Assembly (NCBI GenBank): GCA_043228905.1
Contig: JBHGNT010000003.1
Span: forward strand, 16,740,001-16,804,000
Source of the DNA: Azolla caroliniana
Lineage: Eukaryota; Plantae; Polypodiophyta
Direction of reading: 5' to 3'
Length of the DNA stretch: 64,000 nucleotides
This document shows positions 27,706 to 39,598 of the stretch, piece after piece; position 1 is the stretch's first letter, and every line of letters begins with the position of its first letter. The position numbers were made by a program, and so were the translations under genes. The notes below the pieces were generated by a model that saw only the letters and a list, made by a program, of their open reading frames with translations, was not told the origin of the DNA and searched no databases.

Positions 27706-28883
27706 TCGATCACATCATTTGTGGTTATTTAATAGAGCGATATGTTTAATATAGGCATATGTGGTCACGTATATACGTATTTGATCGTATATATGTGATA
27801 AGTAAACATATGTGTATATTCGTTATTACATGATTATATCGAAAGCTGTCCTTGTCAGGAAAAGGATGTTGGTGGCCGTCCTCACATTTTTGTGAGAATG
27901 ACGTTGTCACCATCCCTTTTTCAACAGTTTTTTATTGTTGACAACCCCATTGATGACCTCGATTTCGTTACGTAAAGAAACGCCTATAGCCATAATGATG
28001 TTGAGTATGTAGGGCTTGACCCACTTCAAGTGAGGTCGCTCTAATGACACACGTATCCAACATCCCTCCCTCATTACATGGATACGATGCCACCATGAGC
28101 TCGTTCTTACGAGAGGCATTCGTAATGACGTGACCATGTGATGGGCCACGTGGGCCTACTACGAAACGAGTGCTCATTTGGCTTGACCATTAGGTTGCAC
28201 TTTGGCGTATGCCATCGTAATTACGAGACTTGAGGTTAGGTAACGTACCAACATAGTTTTGGTAAATGAGGGCGAAATAAGGACCCTTGACATATATGTT
28301 CTTTTAAAAAAAACATATATGATCAAATGCCTCGCATATCTCTTATATGCATCAAACATTAAGCATTCGAGAAGAGCAACTTACTTGGTTGGCTCAAGTG
28401 TTTAATGTATTTGTTCTCGAAGTCTCGAGTTCAAATATGACCAAGACCATACAACATCGTTCATACATATGACTATAACACATGTTTAGACTTAAGGTCT
28501 AAGTGCACTTTGGGGTCCTTGTAATAGGACTTAAAGAGCCAAAACCACATATGTGGGCAAAGAAACATAATTTATTGTTAACATTTTTTTCGTGTATAAA
28601 CTACTCATGACGTGAACATACATGGTTGAGCCTCGGGGAGCCGCCATGAAAAAATCAATATAGAGATCAGGGAAAGACATTAAATTGTCACCCCCATGGT
28701 TTTTAAAACACCTTTGTGTTACCATAGTAACCTGAACTTGAACCTCATCTCATACGTCTAGAGGGGTATTGACGTGAGATCATGATATCTATTAATGTTT
28801 GCCCATGATATGTTTACATCACGACATGATGTTATGACTATCTCTCTGACCTTATCCTATTTCTTTTCCACAAATAATCTTTA

Positions 28884-30086
28884 ATGGCTCAAATTAACGA
28901 CCCGATGTCATCCACTCAAGCGGAAGGAACTCAAGGGAATCCTCCTGGACAAATGTCCACTGAGATGTATTTGGCACAAATAACCCAATACCTTAGTTTC
29001 ACCGCTCAACAGATGACCGAACTTCGGCAATCTCAGAGTGCTCTTGAGGCACGTGTTATTAGTCTACAACGTGAGACTAATAGGCCTGATGAGCGACAAG
29101 GTGAACCATCATTTGTCGTTAAGCCACTTACGGGAGACAAAAAGGAAAGAACCGAAGAAGCAATCTGCACATGGCTGGGACGATGGGAGTCTCATTTTGA
29201 GCTCTATCCCACGCCAGATAGTACGAAGATTGCATATGTCGGCCGAGAACTCGGGGGTAAGGCCGCCACGGATCATCCTCAATCCGATGGATAGATAGAA
29301 CGACTAAATCAAATTATTGAGGACATGCTTCGAGCATACATTGGTGCAAAACCAACAAAATGGGAATGTTATCTCCCAATTTTGGAGTTTGCTTATAACA
29401 GCTCCAAGCATACGTCGATGGGATATAGTCCTTTTATGTTGATGTATGGTTTTCAGCCACGAGCCCCGATTGATGTTAATATACATCATGATGAGTTGCG
29501 AAGTACGCAAAAATTTCTTCGGGATATGCAAGATATGTTGCATATTGCACGAGATAATATAAAAACAGCTCAAGATAGAGCGCATTTTTATGCCGACCAT
29601 CATAGACAACCTCGTGTATTCAACCCTAGACAGAAGGTATTTTTACGTGTACCTCACAATTCTAAGACATTGTCTATGGGTAAGTGCGCTAAGTTAGCCC
29701 CACGGTTTTGTGGACCTTTTACAGTCCTCAAACGCATTGGGTCATCAGCCTATCGTCTCACTCTTCTCGATGGTGTCGGAATTCATCCAGTCTTTCATGT
29801 GAGTCGTCTGCCAGAACTTCTAGGTTCTGGCGACAATAAAGTTACAACTGAAACTCTGGTTACTTCTGAAGAATTATCTTCTAAACCACATGTACCAGAA
29901 AGAATTCTCGATGTTAAAACAAAAAAATTACGTACTAAAGAAATACGAGAATTTAAAATAAAATGGATGGATAAATCAATAAAAGATGCCACATGGGAAC
30001 GCGAAAATACTCTTAGAACTAACTTCCCTAACTTTCCATTGCAAGAGTGCAATGTTTTAAAGAGGGGGAGTATGTTACGAGCATGA
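28884..30086 (+). pseudogene. Truncated Gag fused to integrase C-terminus plus chromodomain
   Basis: Gag N-terminus joins HPQSDG*IERLNQ; EFAYN, FCGPF, PERILD...FKIKW...ATWE. PR, RT and RH are absent. Confidence 0.85.
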
Positions 30087-30527
30087 CCATTTAATATCCC
30101 GTGGTGAGAATTTACCGTAGTATTCTATACACGTGGATAAGTGTGAGGGTTAAACGAGAGTGTAAAGAAGGGGAGGATTACTTTTAATCCCCGGGATTGA
30201 GACAACCCATTAGGTCAAGTGTGAACTTCCCTGGGGGCCTTGGGTATCGCTATAAATAAGAGGCCTAGCTACCCTCATTTGATCATCTTTTGACTACATC
30301 GAGACTCTGCTCTTGTGGTGGGTCAACTCTTGTAGCGAGCGCACCAGCACCAGGTACGACTCGACGCCACGGCGGTGGTATGGGACGCCGATCGAGGCTC
30401 GAATCCGTCTCGATCCCTTCGCTCGGGGGTGGTCGGGTGGATCAACACCCTTCTTTCTCTTTCTCCTTTCTATCTATCATTAGTTTATCCTTATCTTAGG
30501 CTTACTTTAGTACCTAGATCTCTAATA

Positions 30528-31152
30528 GGTTGAGTATTGGGGCGCTACCATTGCCACCTGTGAAGCCATTTGGCTTTGGCGACTGCTGCAAGACCTACAG
30601 ATCGAGGTATCGACCCTAATTTTGGTCTACTGTGACAACATAAGCAACATTCAAATCGCTAAGAACCCCGTATTCCATGCTCGCACAAAGCACATAGAAG
30701 TGCACTATCACTTCGTGCGTGAGCGTGTCCTGAGCAGTGAGGTCGAACTTCGGTATGTTCACACGGCTCGGCAAGTTGCCGACGTCTTCACCAAACCACT
30801 TGGATCGGACAAGTTGCAGCACTTCACCGAAATGCTTGGTGTTCAACATCTCGATGTGCCACACTTGAGGGGGAGAATGGGCAAAGACACTAGAACGGGC
30901 AAAGGCAAAGAGACTGCTGATTGTGCCGGTGAGGGAAGAACTGACGAAGGGAGAGTCAAGAAGAAGAAAGGAACTGAGTCGACAAGGGAAGTCGACACGT
31001 CCGAACAAATCGGAACAAGCGGCAACGGCGGCAAAGTCAAGAAGGACAGAGTCGACCGAAGGAAGAAGGCCAAGACCCGGACATGGTCCGATGTGGTGAA
31101 GGGCTTGGAACTAGAAGACGAATCGGGAGCAACCGATTCGGACAAGAGCTAG
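30528..31152 (+). pseudogene. Copia-H RNase H plus charged C-terminal extension
   Basis: VYCDNISNIQIAKNPVFHARTKHIEVHYHF...ADVFTK. Confidence 0.9.
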
Positions 31153-31500
31153 AACGAATCAGAGACAATCGATTCGGTTCAACAGACAGATTCGGAAGAA
31201 CCGGATCAATTCAAGGCCAAGAGGATGAGAAGGCAGCGAAAGTCGATGCCAACACGAAGGAATCGGCGAACTGGAACGCGTCGAAGTCATAGCAGCAGGG
31301 GAGCTGAATTGGGCCTGTTGAGCAGACAAGCCGACCGAGGAGGTCGAGGTGCATAGAACAAGAGGGGTCACGGCAAACAGAACCGGACCGGACGAGGAGC
31401 GCGAGTAAGGCGGAGCGACGCCACGAGAAGTCGGTTGGAAGAACCGACTGCCACAGAGGCTGACACTAGGATCCAACCTCAAGTTGAGCTTGAGGGGGAG

Positions 31501-31916
31501 TGTTGAGTGGCAAGCTCAATTGGAGCCGGATCGGCTAGATAAGCCTGAGCCGGTGAGCGAGACGGATCAGTAAGCCGGTGAGCAACCGAGCCGGCAAGCA
31601 ACAAAGCCGGTGAGCTGGGGAGTTGGTTAGCCAGATCCAATCGGTAACCGGAAGCCTAGTATTAGTTTAGACTACTAGGCAGTTATAGTCTCGTAGTAAG
31701 TGTCAGATGCTCGTGTGAGCATTGAAGTACGCGGTACTTCTGTCAGTCCCACGAGGACTTGTATAAATAGTGCTACTGAGCACAATTGTAAACAGAGAGA
31801 GTGTTCTTATTGTTTTGAATATAGGTTTTACGTTCTGGTCTTTCCGTCTCTCCCGTGTACTCTGTGTATTCTCTGCTTTCTCTGTTTTCTAACGCTTCTG
31901 CAAGTAATCATTTTCA
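31501..31916 (+). repeat. 3' LTR of Copia-H
   Basis: Matches the split 5' LTR; TSD follows. Confidence 0.95.
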
Positions 31917-32053
31917 ACAATGTATTAACAATAAGGGCAATATATGAGACTATGCTAAAGATTGAGATTGAACTGGAATGGTTCATCAATACTCAAACAC
32001 ATGCTTTGGACACACGCATGCTCTTTGTTAGAAATATTAACCTAGATGCGCGT

Positions 32054-32700
32054 TGTCGTGACGATTTTCGACTACGATGTGAAACCGAGTGAGACGAATA
32101 AACCAAGGATGTGCAACATTGCACATGCACTTAGCAAATAAACCTAAGGCCTAGTGGCACTTGAGTTCATACACAGGGGTGCAAGCAAGGTTTGAACCTT
32201 GCACCTCTAAGATACAAGATGATTGCCTTACCATTAGGACAACTATCATATAGTGTAGATTCTATGTATTTCCTTTTTATATATGAATTATAGATGAAAC
32301 AACCATAGAAAACCATGTGCACAAAACCATGGTTCTAAACCCATGGTTTGTGCATGACATAAGCAAAACCGTGTGCACAAAACCATGGTTTTAGCCCATG
32401 GTTTTGTGCATGTTACAAGCATGGAAAGACCTATAAAAGCCTCTAGTTGGGCTTGTGTAAGGGGGGGCTCAATATGTGATATCACCAACACCACTATCAT
32501 CAATATAATTATATTTGTCTTTATCTTCTTCATGTTTTTCTACTTCTCAGGTGTACAATCTTTCTTCTTCTCAAGTGAACAAATTTCATCCAATCTTACA
32601 TTGATCGTCATCTAGCTTGGATAATTCCGCGAACGTCCTCCCCAATCCAAGACCCCGGTGGTCGCTCGAGTAGCACACGCACGCGCGAATCTTCGCGACA
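32054..32700 (+). repeat. LTR of Gypsy family A followed by a PBS stub
   Basis: TGTCGTGACG...CTTCGCGACA followed by TCATTTGGT; homologous to 47659-48180, which is followed by TCATT-TGGTGAACC. Confidence 0.88.
32188..32241 (-). promoter_or_regulatory. tRNA-like A-box/B-box cassette in the Gypsy-A LTR
   Basis: TGTCCTAATGG...GGTTCAAACCT on minus, within a GCAAG/CTTGC stem. Confidence 0.62.
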
Positions 32701-33119
32701 TCATTTGGTAACTTAATTATGTCGTGAAGATCCGTCACTATGTGCGGATCGTGAGGCGGAACCGCCGGGGTTCTGGACCAGAAGGATTTAGAGTCGATAC
32801 AAGCTTTGGCGAGAAAGTACTTAAGATAGATTGGGAAAGAGAGAAGTTGAGATTACACGATCAATTTGATAACGAATTTCTTCATCTTAATTTTCATAAA
32901 AAAAACCGTGTTTTTTCTCCTCCCCCTTCCCTCTTTTATAGATGCTCTCATGCAATGATGCATGTGAGGGTACAAGACATGCATAAATTGCATGTTTGCC
33001 ATTTGGCGCTTAAGTATTACATGTGGTGCATGCTAACCATGTCACTCATTTTAGCTCTCATGTATGAGAATTTACATGTAAAAGTACAATGATAGAAATA
33101 TAATTTCAACTAAATAACA

Positions 33120-33173
33120 TGGCTTAATGGTAAGCCAATTGACTCCTAACTTGGAGGTGCAAGGTTCGAATCC
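33120..33173 (+). promoter_or_regulatory. tRNA-like Pol III A-box/B-box cassette in the Gypsy-B LTR (second copy 40060-40113)
   Basis: TGGCTTAATGG...GGTTCGAATCC; D-arm-like stem GGCTT/AAGCC. Confidence 0.75.
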
Positions 33174-33759
33174 ATACTTGCCCTCCTTGTATATGTAAAT
33201 ATGTATATATATTTATATATTTATTTATCTAGTCGCCGGATGCCAGTTCGCCGGATGCCGCCGCCGGATTGCGATCGGATGCCGTCGGATCACCGGCTCC
33301 ATCGCTGGTCCGGTTTTGGTTGGCCAAAACCCTTTACGAGTAGCTAACCACCTCCACTCTTAGTTCAAGTTACCTTGAACTCTCTATGCTCCACACATAA
33401 ACACAAAGATAATATCTTTTGCTCCATCTTATATATGATGAGAGCCGTATTTGTCGTGCCTATGTGGGATATCTCACAATTTTCTCTTTTCTTTTCACAA
33501 ACTTTATACCCTCATATCTTGACATTTAGTTGTCCATTTCTCGTGTAATAAAGTGCATTCGAAACCTCCATCATTTTGTACTTAGATATTAAAAATGTTA
33601 TCTTCACAATTATTGTATTACGTTATTCATACTCGATTTCGTACGTTTTATGGGATTTTCACACTATTGCCGAAAATCATCACGACATCCACCCCCACCA
33701 AACCGCACGTCCTCCGGTACGTGCCAAGAAGAGAAGAAGTGAGATTTCGGATACGATGA

Positions 33760-36700
33760 TCAATTAGATTCCTCCATGTCTTCATTTTCATCCGGCCTAT
33801 TATGTTCATCGTCGAGGTAATCGAGGTCAGGATCCTTGTCTTGTCTTTTCTTGAAAAGCTTTACTCTTTTTCCCGCAATGGGTACGGCCAACCTTGATCC
33901 GTCTAGTTCCGCAAGGTGGTATGTGGCATTATCGTTGGCACTTGTCACCACATACGGCCCGAACCATCTTCTTGCGAACTTCCTTGTTGTACTATGTTGA
34001 TTGTCAAGGGTGCTGTCGTAAACCAAAACCCAATCCCCTTCTTCAATCTTCTTGGGACGAAGTCGATGCGTGTTGTCGAACCGAACTTTGTTCTTTACTC
34101 GGGCTGCCTTCATCATCTTTCGCGCTTTTTCTAAATCTTCAGGTCTTCTTTCAAGTTGCCTTATCCGCGCCGCTAATAACTCTTCTCGGCTCATCTCGTT
34201 CTCCCACGGTATCGCTACCCATGAGGCGATCGTCCTTTCGATGGGCATAATCGGCTTTTGTCCATACATAAGCTCCGTCGGCATATACCCTGTCACCGAG
34301 CTATGTGTCATTCTATCGGCCCACAAGGCATAGGGTAATAGTCGTGGCCAATTCCCGACTCGACCGTTGCATGCCCGTACGATGGCTTTAACGATAGGTC
34401 CATACCCTCGCTCGATCTTCCCATTTGCTTCCGAATTGTAGGCAGTCGTGAGGGAGAGCTTCACGCCTAGTCTTTCGAAGAGCTCCGTCGCTTCGTGCGC
34501 GTCCAACTCCCCTCGGTCGGCCACTATCTTCCCTACACATCCATATCGGCAAACAACATCTTCAAGTAAAAATTTACAAACGGCTGAAGTCGTCTTATTT
34601 GTCAAGGCTCGTCCTTCCACTTGATTTGTCAAGTCTTCCCTTGCGAGCGCTAAGTACTTCATTTGTCCCACTCCCATTGGCATCGAGACCAGATCCACCA
34701 TCCATTTGAAGTGAATGGTGAGTGGGTATGTCGGCTTTAACTCATCACGATGACGTATATTTGAATATATTTGGCAAGTTTCACATGTGGACACGAAATG
34801 GAGTACATCTTTGTACATGCTTGGCCACCAGTACTTCTCCTTCAATTTTTCGAACGTCGCCCATGTTCCTCTATGACCTGCCCAAGCACTCTCGTGGAAT
34901 TCGGTCATCAGCGTCTCTTGCTCTTCTTTCTTTACCACCACTCAACGTGGTATTCCTGTCCTTCTTTTTGGATGTCGCCAAAGGAATCCTCCCTTCAAGA
35001 AGTATCGATAAGCTTTCTTTCGGATTCGTAGGGCCTCCTCCTTTGTCAACGAAGCATCTGCCATCAATGTTCTTAGGAATCTACCGATGAGTAACCACTC
35101 TCCTTCGTACTCGTTCTCGTTGAAGGCGTGGAGGGTTTGCGTGTCCTGGTCTTCCGCCGACAATTGAGCCATCTTGAAGAAGTCGAGGGCGACATCTTCA
35201 TCTTCCGAAACCATGTTACTTTCATTTGAAAATCTTGCCCTTGACAGCATGTCAGCCATGCCGTTCTTCTTCCCTGCAATGTGACGGATCTCTGGGTTTA
35301 AAGACTTGATGTAGGCGATCCACCTTAGCATAGCAAGATCTGGGGTCGCACATCCGGAGACCATTCCGAGAATTGGGAGACAATCTGTCTCTATTATCAC
35401 TTCTGACCCGATCAGGTAATCTTTGTCCGTCTTCACTGCCGACACAATACCCCAAAGTTCCCGCTTGACTTGGGCATATCTTTGTTGCCGTTCGCTGAGA
35501 ACCTTTGCTCCGAACCAGACGGCATATCGCGCATTATCTTCACCTTCTTGATTGATGACCCACCCGATTCCGGTTGGGCTCGTATCTACGGTCACGTAAA
35601 TTGGTTTCCCTTCGACATAGTCGGCCTTCCTTAGTGCCGGAGCTTCAAGAAGCAGTTTCTTTAATCTTCGCATCGCCTCTGTGTGCTCATCTTGCCATTC
35701 GAACTTTATTCTTTTCTTTAGTAGTCCATATAACGGTTCGGCGACATGAGCGTAGTGAGGAATCCATATATGATAAAACGCGCATGCTCCAAGGAACCTT
35801 CGAACCTCCGTTTGGTTTTCGCGTTCTTCTTTCATGTCTTGGATTGCGTTCACTTTGGATGGCGAGGGCTTCTGGCCGTATGCTCCACACAAGTGACCTA
35901 CCACCAAGATCTCCGGTTGCCCGAATGCGGATTTTTCTCCCGAAAATGTCAAATTCGCATCTTCGAGCCTTTGAAGCACCTTCTCGCAATCTTTCATATG
36001 ATCTGCAACGAACTTTCTACAACCTTCCTTATCTTTCGATTCATCTTTCTCCTCATCCAAACATCCTTTTATCGGAATATCATCCAAGAATGGCATCGTG
36101 ATGTCCAGAATGCAATCCTTCAAGACTTTATTCATGGCATTCACCATATGAGCCACCGAGTTCGTTGCGCCTTGGGGTAAGGTACACATCCGCACAAGCC
36201 CGATCGGAGTCCTCATGGTTGTAATGTCCCGACTGTCGATCGCCAATTGGAATTGGTCATATCCGGAGTAGAGATCGCCAATGGAGTAGATGAACCGGCC
36301 CGCAAACGCTTCGGCAAATTCGTCCATGCTCGGACCGATTCCGGCATTTCGAATTGTCACCTTGTTGACGGGTTGAAGATCTTGGATGAATCGCAATGAT
36401 CCATTCTTCTTCGGCACTGTGAACCACCTATTGGAATAAGGAGCATTCGACGGTTCTAGAATTCCCATACTCACCTTCTCCTTTAAGAGCTCGATCAGCT
36501 TCAGAAGGTGTGCTCTCGGAACCGGTATCGGTTTCAAATTCCAAGGCACATGAGGCACCATGAAGATCACCATTGGCTCTATAACCTTTGGGTCGGCGCA
36601 TCCGATTTCTCGTGGGAAGAATGCGAAAGCCTTCCCATGTCTCTCAAGCATATCGCGAAACATTCACTCCTCTTCAGGGAGAAGGAAATCCTCCTTTCCA

Positions 36701-37407
36701 ACTCGTAGCTTCCCCTTCGTCTCTTTGGTGAAGTCATGAACTATCTTCTTCGGATATCTTAAGCTTGGATCGTTAGCGACTTCCTTCATCTTTTGCCAGC
36801 TATCTTCCGGTAGCGGAACCGCAACTGGCTTGATCTTCTTATCCACCGTTTTATATTTCGTGTTGATGTCAGCTTCCTTCTCTTTGGTGAAGTCATGAAC
36901 TATCTTCTTCGGATATCTTAAGCTTGGATCGTTAGCGACTTCCTTCATCTTTTGCCAGCTATCTTCCGGTAGCGGAACCGCAACTGGCTTGATCTTCTTA
37001 TCCACCGTTTTATATTTCGTGTTGATGTCAGCTTCCTTCATCGAGATGCCACGACGGTATTCATCGATGATAGCGTACATGTTGACAGAGTTAACCGAAA
37101 TCACGCATTGGTTGTGAAGATAGCTCAAGTCCACGACGTCCTCGATTTCGCCGATGGTGTCGTTAAATGAGGCTTCTTCCATAATATGAGTCACGAACTC
37201 CCCTTCTTCTATTATGTTCTCTTCTTTCAGCATCTTCTCGAATTCTTGTATCCGGTGCTTGTGCTTCTTGTCGGGTAGTACTAGTTTACATGCGCCACTA
37301 GGTGTGACACATGTTGCTTCTCCTTGCAATCCACGCGCTCTTCTTTCTTGTGGGGTCTTGTGATTGCTCGGACTATTTGTGCCCCATGCTTCAATAGTCC
37401 GCTCTAA
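33760..37407 (-). pseudogene. Gypsy-B ORF2 RT-RH-INT (two in-frame stops)
   Basis: LRFIQDLQPVN, LPQGATNS, FLDD, VTVDTSP, H-H-C-C zinc motif, ADRGE, WFGPY; three consecutive same-frame ORFs. Confidence 0.92.
36721..37039. repeat. In-frame 159-bp tandem duplication
   Basis: KEADINTKYKTVDKK...HDFTKE occurs twice. Confidence 0.95.
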
Positions 37408-39598
37408 AAATCCGAGGATTCGCCTCCGAGACTATCTCGATTCCTTTCATGATTGGCTCGCACTGTTAGGAATTGGACCGATCTTTGGTTGTCAAGACTC
37501 TTTATTCGTGCGAAGGCTGCTCCATTATCGAACACTTTGGTCTCCATTCGAGATGATGTGATATAAGGTTGCCCTAGGATGACAGGATGCGACGCCGATT
37601 CTTGTACGAAGAAGTGTTGATCCATCTCCACATCCCCGATCGTGACTTTGACATTGGGACAAGCTCCGTACAAGTCCTCCGTAGACTTTGTTGCCGCACG
37701 AATCTTCCATCCGTGGTTTGTATTGATTGGCCATCTTCCCTTTTTGTAGAAGTCGGTTTGACATGAGGTTGATCTCCGAGCCGTGGTCGATCAAGGCTAC
37801 GACGGTCTCTTTCTTCTCCCCGATCTTCACCGACGTCTCCGTTGTCGCTCGTGCCCAATGAGGTCGAGTGTAGTGGCTGGCTGTCCACCATATCTTCATC
37901 AATTTCGTCTCTTGCCATCGTTATGGCATTCGTTTTTGCTTTTTGCGGCTTCTCTTCTTCCTCGTCCGATTGTTGTCTCTTTCTCTTTACAAGGTCCACG
38001 ATCGTGTCATGGAACTCCTTCTTCGTAATGCCAAGAAATTCCCTTAAGGACAAAGTTACGTGGCTATCAAGAACTCGTTCTTCGAGAATCTTCTTTAGGT
38101 CCGTCGTCTGCTCTATGTCCGACCTTAGCTTATAGGTAGGTATAGTCCTTGTCCTCCGAGTGGGGTCTTCGACACCAACCTTCACGGGCCGAACCGTTTC
38201 TTCAACTTGTATGCTTGGCTCCCCTTTTCGGCTTGATTCTTGTTCCTCTGTTTGTAAAGGTCGACTCGTCTCCGTATCGTCCTTCTTTTTCGTGTTCCTT
38301 GTTTCATGTCTTTTTGATGGGCCTTGCTCTTCTATTCTCTTTCTCTTTTCTTCGACGAACACCTCGTGGTTGTCGCACATCACCTCTGCGAGTATGGTGT
38401 TGTCGTCCACCGGATCCGACCACCCGGTTATGCTTTGCACGTTTCGGTCCGCAAGCTCTACCTCGTTCGATGTGACTTTTCCCTTCTTCTCATATTCAAG
38501 AATGGAAGTCCAAAACTTTGCTCCTGCTCTAGCAGCTTCAGTCTTGTCTTTCCCGACTCTTATTCCAGCCGATGCAGCATAGTGCATCGCATCCACATGA
38601 GTCGCATCGGCATCCTCCATAGATTTCTTCATTCGTCCTCTTCCGAAATTCACCCGTAGGGGTCTTCTAGTCTCGCTTGAGCAGATCATGTTGTCCTCTA
38701 TGTATACGATATTTTGTCGAATCGCCTCTCGAAGGCTCACACAATCCCTTCTCATGTGGTCCATGCTATCGCACCACACGCATCTAAAGGGTTCTTTTCC
38801 TTTAGGGCCCCGACGATTCATGTTGGCTAGAGTGACATTCTCGAACTTCTTCGCTAGCTCTTCAATGATGTCGTCATCAATCTTCTTTTCTTCCACGTTA
38901 CTTTGTCTTGGCGGCTCAGCTACTTTCGGCGGTCTTGCTTTCTCCGTGGTAGTCGGTCCCGTCAAGTCGGTGTCATCAACCCATTGGCGACGCTTGTCGA
39001 GCCTATTGCATGCCCGCTTCACCGCGAGCCCATTTGCTTGGGTATCATCTTCGAGAAGAGTCCCCAACTCCCGTCTATCCTTTATGTCCACGGCCTTCAA
39101 GAAGTACAAAGTCTTGTCCTCTTCAAGCAACACTTGGTCCGTATTGGGGAGACGACTAAACATCTGGTCGAATTCGTCGTACACCCTCGAGACGCTCATC
39201 TTCTTATTCTTCTTCTCTATCCACTTCATCAGGGCATGTCGAGTCATCCTCGTTGAGTCTTCAGTCACGAACTCCGCTAGTATCGTTTTCTCGAACTCGG
39301 ACCATGTTGTCTTACCTTCTTGAAGCTCGATGACGCGTCTTTGGATGTTGTTGGCGACAACTCTCTTGAAGCTTGCGATTTGACGTGCCTCGGACACGTC
39401 CCTTTGATTCATCTCCCTCTTATATGCATCAAGGAACTTCGTAACGTTCCTTCCATCGAATTGGCCCTCGAGCTCTACGACACGATCGACAGCCTTCTCC
39501 ACGCTCGCGTCGTTGTCCCGAGATCTCATCATTTGCTCGATGATTAGCATCATCCTTTCGAGCTCTCCTGCTTGGTTGCTTGAGGACGCCATCTCCAA
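37404..39598 (-). pseudogene. Gypsy-B ORF1 Gag plus protease (two small insertions)
   Basis: CVWCDSMDHMRRDC knuckle; ALIDHGSEINLM protease; removing a 4-bp duplication near 37880 and a 1-bp insertion near 37758 restores one frame. Confidence 0.88.

Larger units (their letters stand above)
26602..30527 (+). mobile_element. Gypsy-C, non-autonomous chromovirus with a duplicated upstream chromodomain/PPT segment
   Basis: LTRs 26738-27192 and 30073-30527 (455 bp, about 8 mismatches, both TG...TA); PBS TGGTATCAGAGC 27195-27206; PPT AGAGGGGGAG before both LTRs; 26602-27192 repeats 29937-30527. Confidence 0.92.
13112..31916 (+). mobile_element. Copia-H, full length, with nested Gypsy-F (in its 5' LTR) and Gypsy-C (in RT/RH)
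   Basis: 5' LTR 13112-13348 plus 22771-22949 totals 416 bp; 3' LTR 31501-31916 is 416 bp; TSD ACAAT (13107-13111/31917-31921); PBS TGGTATTAGAGC 22950-22961; PPT GAGGGGGAG before 31501. Confidence 0.95.

Noticed and set aside
33110-33185. Functional tRNA genes in LTRs
   Set aside because: No proper acceptor stem or 7-nt anticodon loop; reported only as tRNA-like promoter cassettes.
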